A stretch of 64,000 nucleotides of DNA, from positions 160,001 to 224,000 of the forward strand of contig CAXXTH010000017.1 of the NCBI GenBank assembly GCA_963668025.2, written 5' to 3'. The notes under the pieces were generated by a model. It worked only from the letters and a program-made list of their open reading frames with translations, was not told where the DNA came from and did no database searches. Below, piece after piece: positions 61,551-64,000 of this stretch (the stretch's first letter is position 1; each line of letters begins with the position of its first letter). This stretch comes from Candidatus Hydrogenedentota bacterium (GTDB taxonomy: Bacteria; Hydrogenedentota; Hydrogenedentia; Hydrogenedentales; SLHB01). A program made the position numbers and the translations under genes.

Positions 61551-62441
61551 ATGAGAAAGCCTATCATCTTGGCAACAACACTGGGGATACTGTCGTTTAT
61601 ATTACTATCCTGTATAGATACAACAAATTACAATTCACTTGATGAAACCTTACTGGCAGCGCAAAGAGGTAATACAAAGGCCCAGTTTATCATTGCGATG
61701 TATTACTATGACAACAAAGACTATGCGGAAGCAATAAAATGGCATCTCAAAGTAGCTGAAAAGGGGTTTCCTCATTCGCAATGCATTGTTGGGCAAATGT
61801 ACGAAATGGGCTTGGGCGCATCACAAGACTACGCAGAAGCAATGAAATGGTATCTCAAGGCAGCTGAGCAGGAAATTCCTAGAGAAAATGCGGAGGAAAT
61901 GAATTGGTATCGCAAAGCCGCTGCATTCGGAGTTCACAAGAACAATGTGCACGAGATGAAATCGTATCTAGAAGGAGCTGAAGCGGGAGTCTATAATGCT
62001 CAGTGTTGTATCGGCAGTATGTATGAACAAGGCAAGGGCGTTCCCCAAGACTACGCAGAAGCAATGAAATGGTATCTCAAGGCAGCTCAGAATGGACTGA
62101 GTAGTGCACAGGACAGCATCGGAAGTATATATGAGCAAGGTATAGGCGTTAATCAAGACTACTTAAGGGCCGCACAGTGGTATTTCTTAGCAGCTGAACA
62201 GGGGGATACTGAAGCACAGGTAAAACTTGGCGTGATCTACGAAATGGGTAATGGTGTTCCTCAAGACTATGTCAGAGCCCACATGCTTTATAACCTTGCC
62301 AGTGCATCGGGTAATCAAGATGCTCCGATACATATGAGTATCGTTTCAAGTTTTATGACTCCGCAGCAAATAGCCGAAGCCCAAGCTTTGGCTACTAAAT
62401 GGACGGTTGAATTCAAGAAACGATCTGGGAAAACCGAATAG
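61551..62441 (+). CDS. Sel1-repeat lipoprotein
   Basis: Lipobox LLSC; repeated G.GV.QDY.EA.KWYLKAA units; near-exact DNA duplication at ~61824 and ~62046. Confidence 0.92.
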   Translation: MRKPIILATTLGILSFILLSCIDTTNYNSLDETLLAAQRGNTKAQFIIAMYYYDNKDYAEAIKWHLKVAEKGFPHSQCIVGQMYEMGLGASQDYAEAMKWYLKAAEQEIPRENAEEMNWYRKAAAFGVHKNNVHEMKSYLEGAEAGVYNAQCCIGSMYEQGKGVPQDYAEAMKWYLKAAQNGLSSAQDSIGSIYEQGIGVNQDYLRAAQWYFLAAEQGDTEAQVKLGVIYEMGNGVPQDYVRAHMLYNLASASGNQDAPIHMSIVSSFMTPQQIAEAQALATKWTVEFKKRSGKTE

Positions 62442-62871
62442 TGCTAAGAACGCCATTGTGATAAGCCGCCAGGTATGCCCCCTGGAAACGCTCGACAGGA
62501 AACCGAACCGGAACCGAGCTAGGTTCTCTCCAAAGCACCCGAAATGCCGCCCAGCGGGATACAGGCGGGATACAGAGCAAGCCAAAAGAAAACGCCCCAT
62601 AGGCCATAGCACCATAAAAGCCTATACAATAATGCCTTACAAAGAATTGCCAAGCTGGCTTGAACTAACAACCCTCTGCCTACTAGGCAGGTAAAAGCCC
62701 GAACCGCGCCATTTCGACCGCCCCCGGCATGCATCCTAGAGGCCGCCCCACGGGAACCGCTCAAAGCCTCCTTTTTTTGTCTGCCGGATCCCCGGTGGAT
62801 CCCCAGCCCAAACACAAGAGAAAAGCCCCGAGGACCGTCTTTTATAAGTCCTTGGGGCTTAATGCTTTATA

Positions 62872-62948
62872 TGGTGCCGGTGCACGGATTCGAACCGCGG
62901 ACACGTGGATTATGATTCCACTGCTCTAACCGACTGAGCTACACCGGC
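62872..62948 (-). tRNA. tRNA-Met (CAT), elongator-type
   Basis: GCCGGTGTAGCTCAGTCGGTTAGAGCAGTGGAATCATAATCCACGTGTCCGCGGTTCGAATCCGTGCACCGGCACCA; 77-nt cloverleaf with encoded CCA and paired 1-72. Confidence 0.95.
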
Positions 62949-63022
62949 GTTATGGCCTTTTAGAGGCCAGAATTTAGCATATACGCATCCGAAAATCCAG
63001 TTTTTTACGGCGCGCGTTTGAT

Positions 63023-64000
63023 TCAGTTTCTCAAGCTCTGGAGGGGCGCGGGAATGCGGCCTCCAAAGGAGATGAATTGGCTTGATGCGCAGCGGTTGCG
63101 CACGTCAATCACGTAGCCTTCTCCAAATAGGCCGCCAAAGACGGCCAAGTCGCCCACGCCTTTTCCTGGCGCGGGGATGAGGCGCGCGGCGGTGGTCTTT
63201 TGATTGACGACGCCTATGGCCATTTCGTCGGCGATGATCGCGGCAAGGGTGGTGGCGTCGGTGTCGCCGGGTACGACGACCATGTCCAAACCCACGCTGC
63301 ATACGCTGGTCATGGCTTCGAGTTTCTCGAGAGTAAGGGAGCCATTCCGGACTGCTTCCGAAAGGGCTTGGTCTTCCGACACGGGGATAAATGCCCCGGA
63401 GAGGCCGCCGACGCTGGAAGAGGCGAAGAGACCGCCTTTTTTGACGGCGTCGTTGAGCATGGCGATGGCGGCGGTGCTGCCGGGGGCGCCGATGGCGCTA
63501 ATGCCCATGGCTTGCAGGATCTCGCCGACGCTGTCGCCAACGTGTGGCGTAGGCGCTAGGGATAGGTCTACGACGCCGAAGACGACGCCGAGACGTTCGG
63601 CGACTTCACGGCCCATGAGTTCGCCCACGCGGGTGACGCGGAAGCTGGTGCGCTTGATCTCCTCGGCGATGCGGCCAAGGTCTACGTGTTCGGGGCCCGC
63701 GATGAGGCGCTCGAGGGCGCGCTTGATGACGCCCGGCCCGCTGACGCCGATGTTGACCACGGTTCCGGGTTCGCCGGGGCCTAAGAATGCGCCCGCCATG
63801 AAGGGATTGTCTTCGGGGATATTTGCAAATATGCAGAGTTTCGCGGCTCCGAAGCCGTCTTTATCGCGGGTGCGTTCAGCGGTGGCTTTGACCTGTTCGC
63901 CCATGAGCCGCACGGCGTCCATGTTAATGCCGGCCTTGGTGGTGGCGACGTTGACGGAGGCGCACACGCGGGTAGTGGAGGAGAGCACGTCGGGAATGGA
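63023..64000 (-). CDS. DUF711/UPF0210 (PFL-like) family protein, 5' end beyond window edge
   Basis: [24 protein letters not shown] and [15 protein letters not shown] motifs. Confidence 0.92.
   Translation of the reverse strand, partial: SIPDVLSSTTRVCASVNVATTKAGINMDAVRLMGEQVKATAERTRDKDGFGAAKLCIFANIPEDNPFMAGAFLGPGEPGTVVNIGVSGPGVIKRALERLIAGPEHVDLGRIAEEIKRTSFRVTRVGELMGREVAERLGVVFGVVDLSLAPTPHVGDSVGEILQAMGISAIGAPGSTAAIAMLNDAVKKGGLFASSSVGGLSGAFIPVSEDQALSEAVRNGSLTLEKLEAMTSVCSVGLDMVVVPGDTDATTLAAIIADEMAIGVVNQKTTAARLIPAPGKGVGDLAVFGGLFGEGYVIDVRNRCASSQFISFGGRIPAPLQSLRN

Larger units (their letters stand above)
56897..62920. mobile_element. ~6-kb tRNA-Met-integrated element (phage-satellite-like)
   Basis: att direct repeats, tyrosine integrase, excisionase, phage-type replication gene, RuvC-like gene, Sel1 cargo. 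Confidence 0.92.

Overview
This is a GC-rich (~60%) bacterial chromosomal window. Gene content and a GCP-type lipoprotein signal are reminiscent of Ca. Hydrogenedentota, but the taxonomy is only a guess. The backbone is mostly housekeeping: family-4 UDG, a CheB/CheR-PAS two-component cluster, aroB, a DprE1/DprE2-like pair, mscL, a galactose/sugar operon, lgt with two lipoproteins, GT2, a carbamoyltransferase, dapF, ddl, TerC, regulators, an acyl-CoA dehydrogenase, a radical SAM protein, an aspA-like gene, tRNA-Met and a DUF711 protein. Accessory DNA is abundant: (i) an NheI-like type II R-M system with a small HTH gene, and an MmeI-like type IIL enzyme, flanking a GntR regulator; (ii) a 3.2-kb low-GC cassette bounded by a duplicated 5' end of the downstream glycosyltransferase gene, each copy preceded by a member of a dispersed 8/9-nt-periodic inverted-repeat family; (iii) an ISKra4-type IS with an 8-bp TSD, and a DUF6788+DDE IS that rewrote the aspA C-terminus; (iv) two copies of a 122-bp MITE; (v) a ~520-bp concentric triple inverted repeat; (vi) a ~6-kb tRNA-Met-integrated satellite-like element with integrase, excisionase, an iteron-containing replication gene, a RuvC-like resolvase and Sel1 cargo; (vii) an unrecognised leader RNA with a terminator/antiterminator switch upstream of the acyl-CoA dehydrogenase. 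No CRISPR array or rRNA was seen. All family assignments come from motif recognition by eye; no database search was run.
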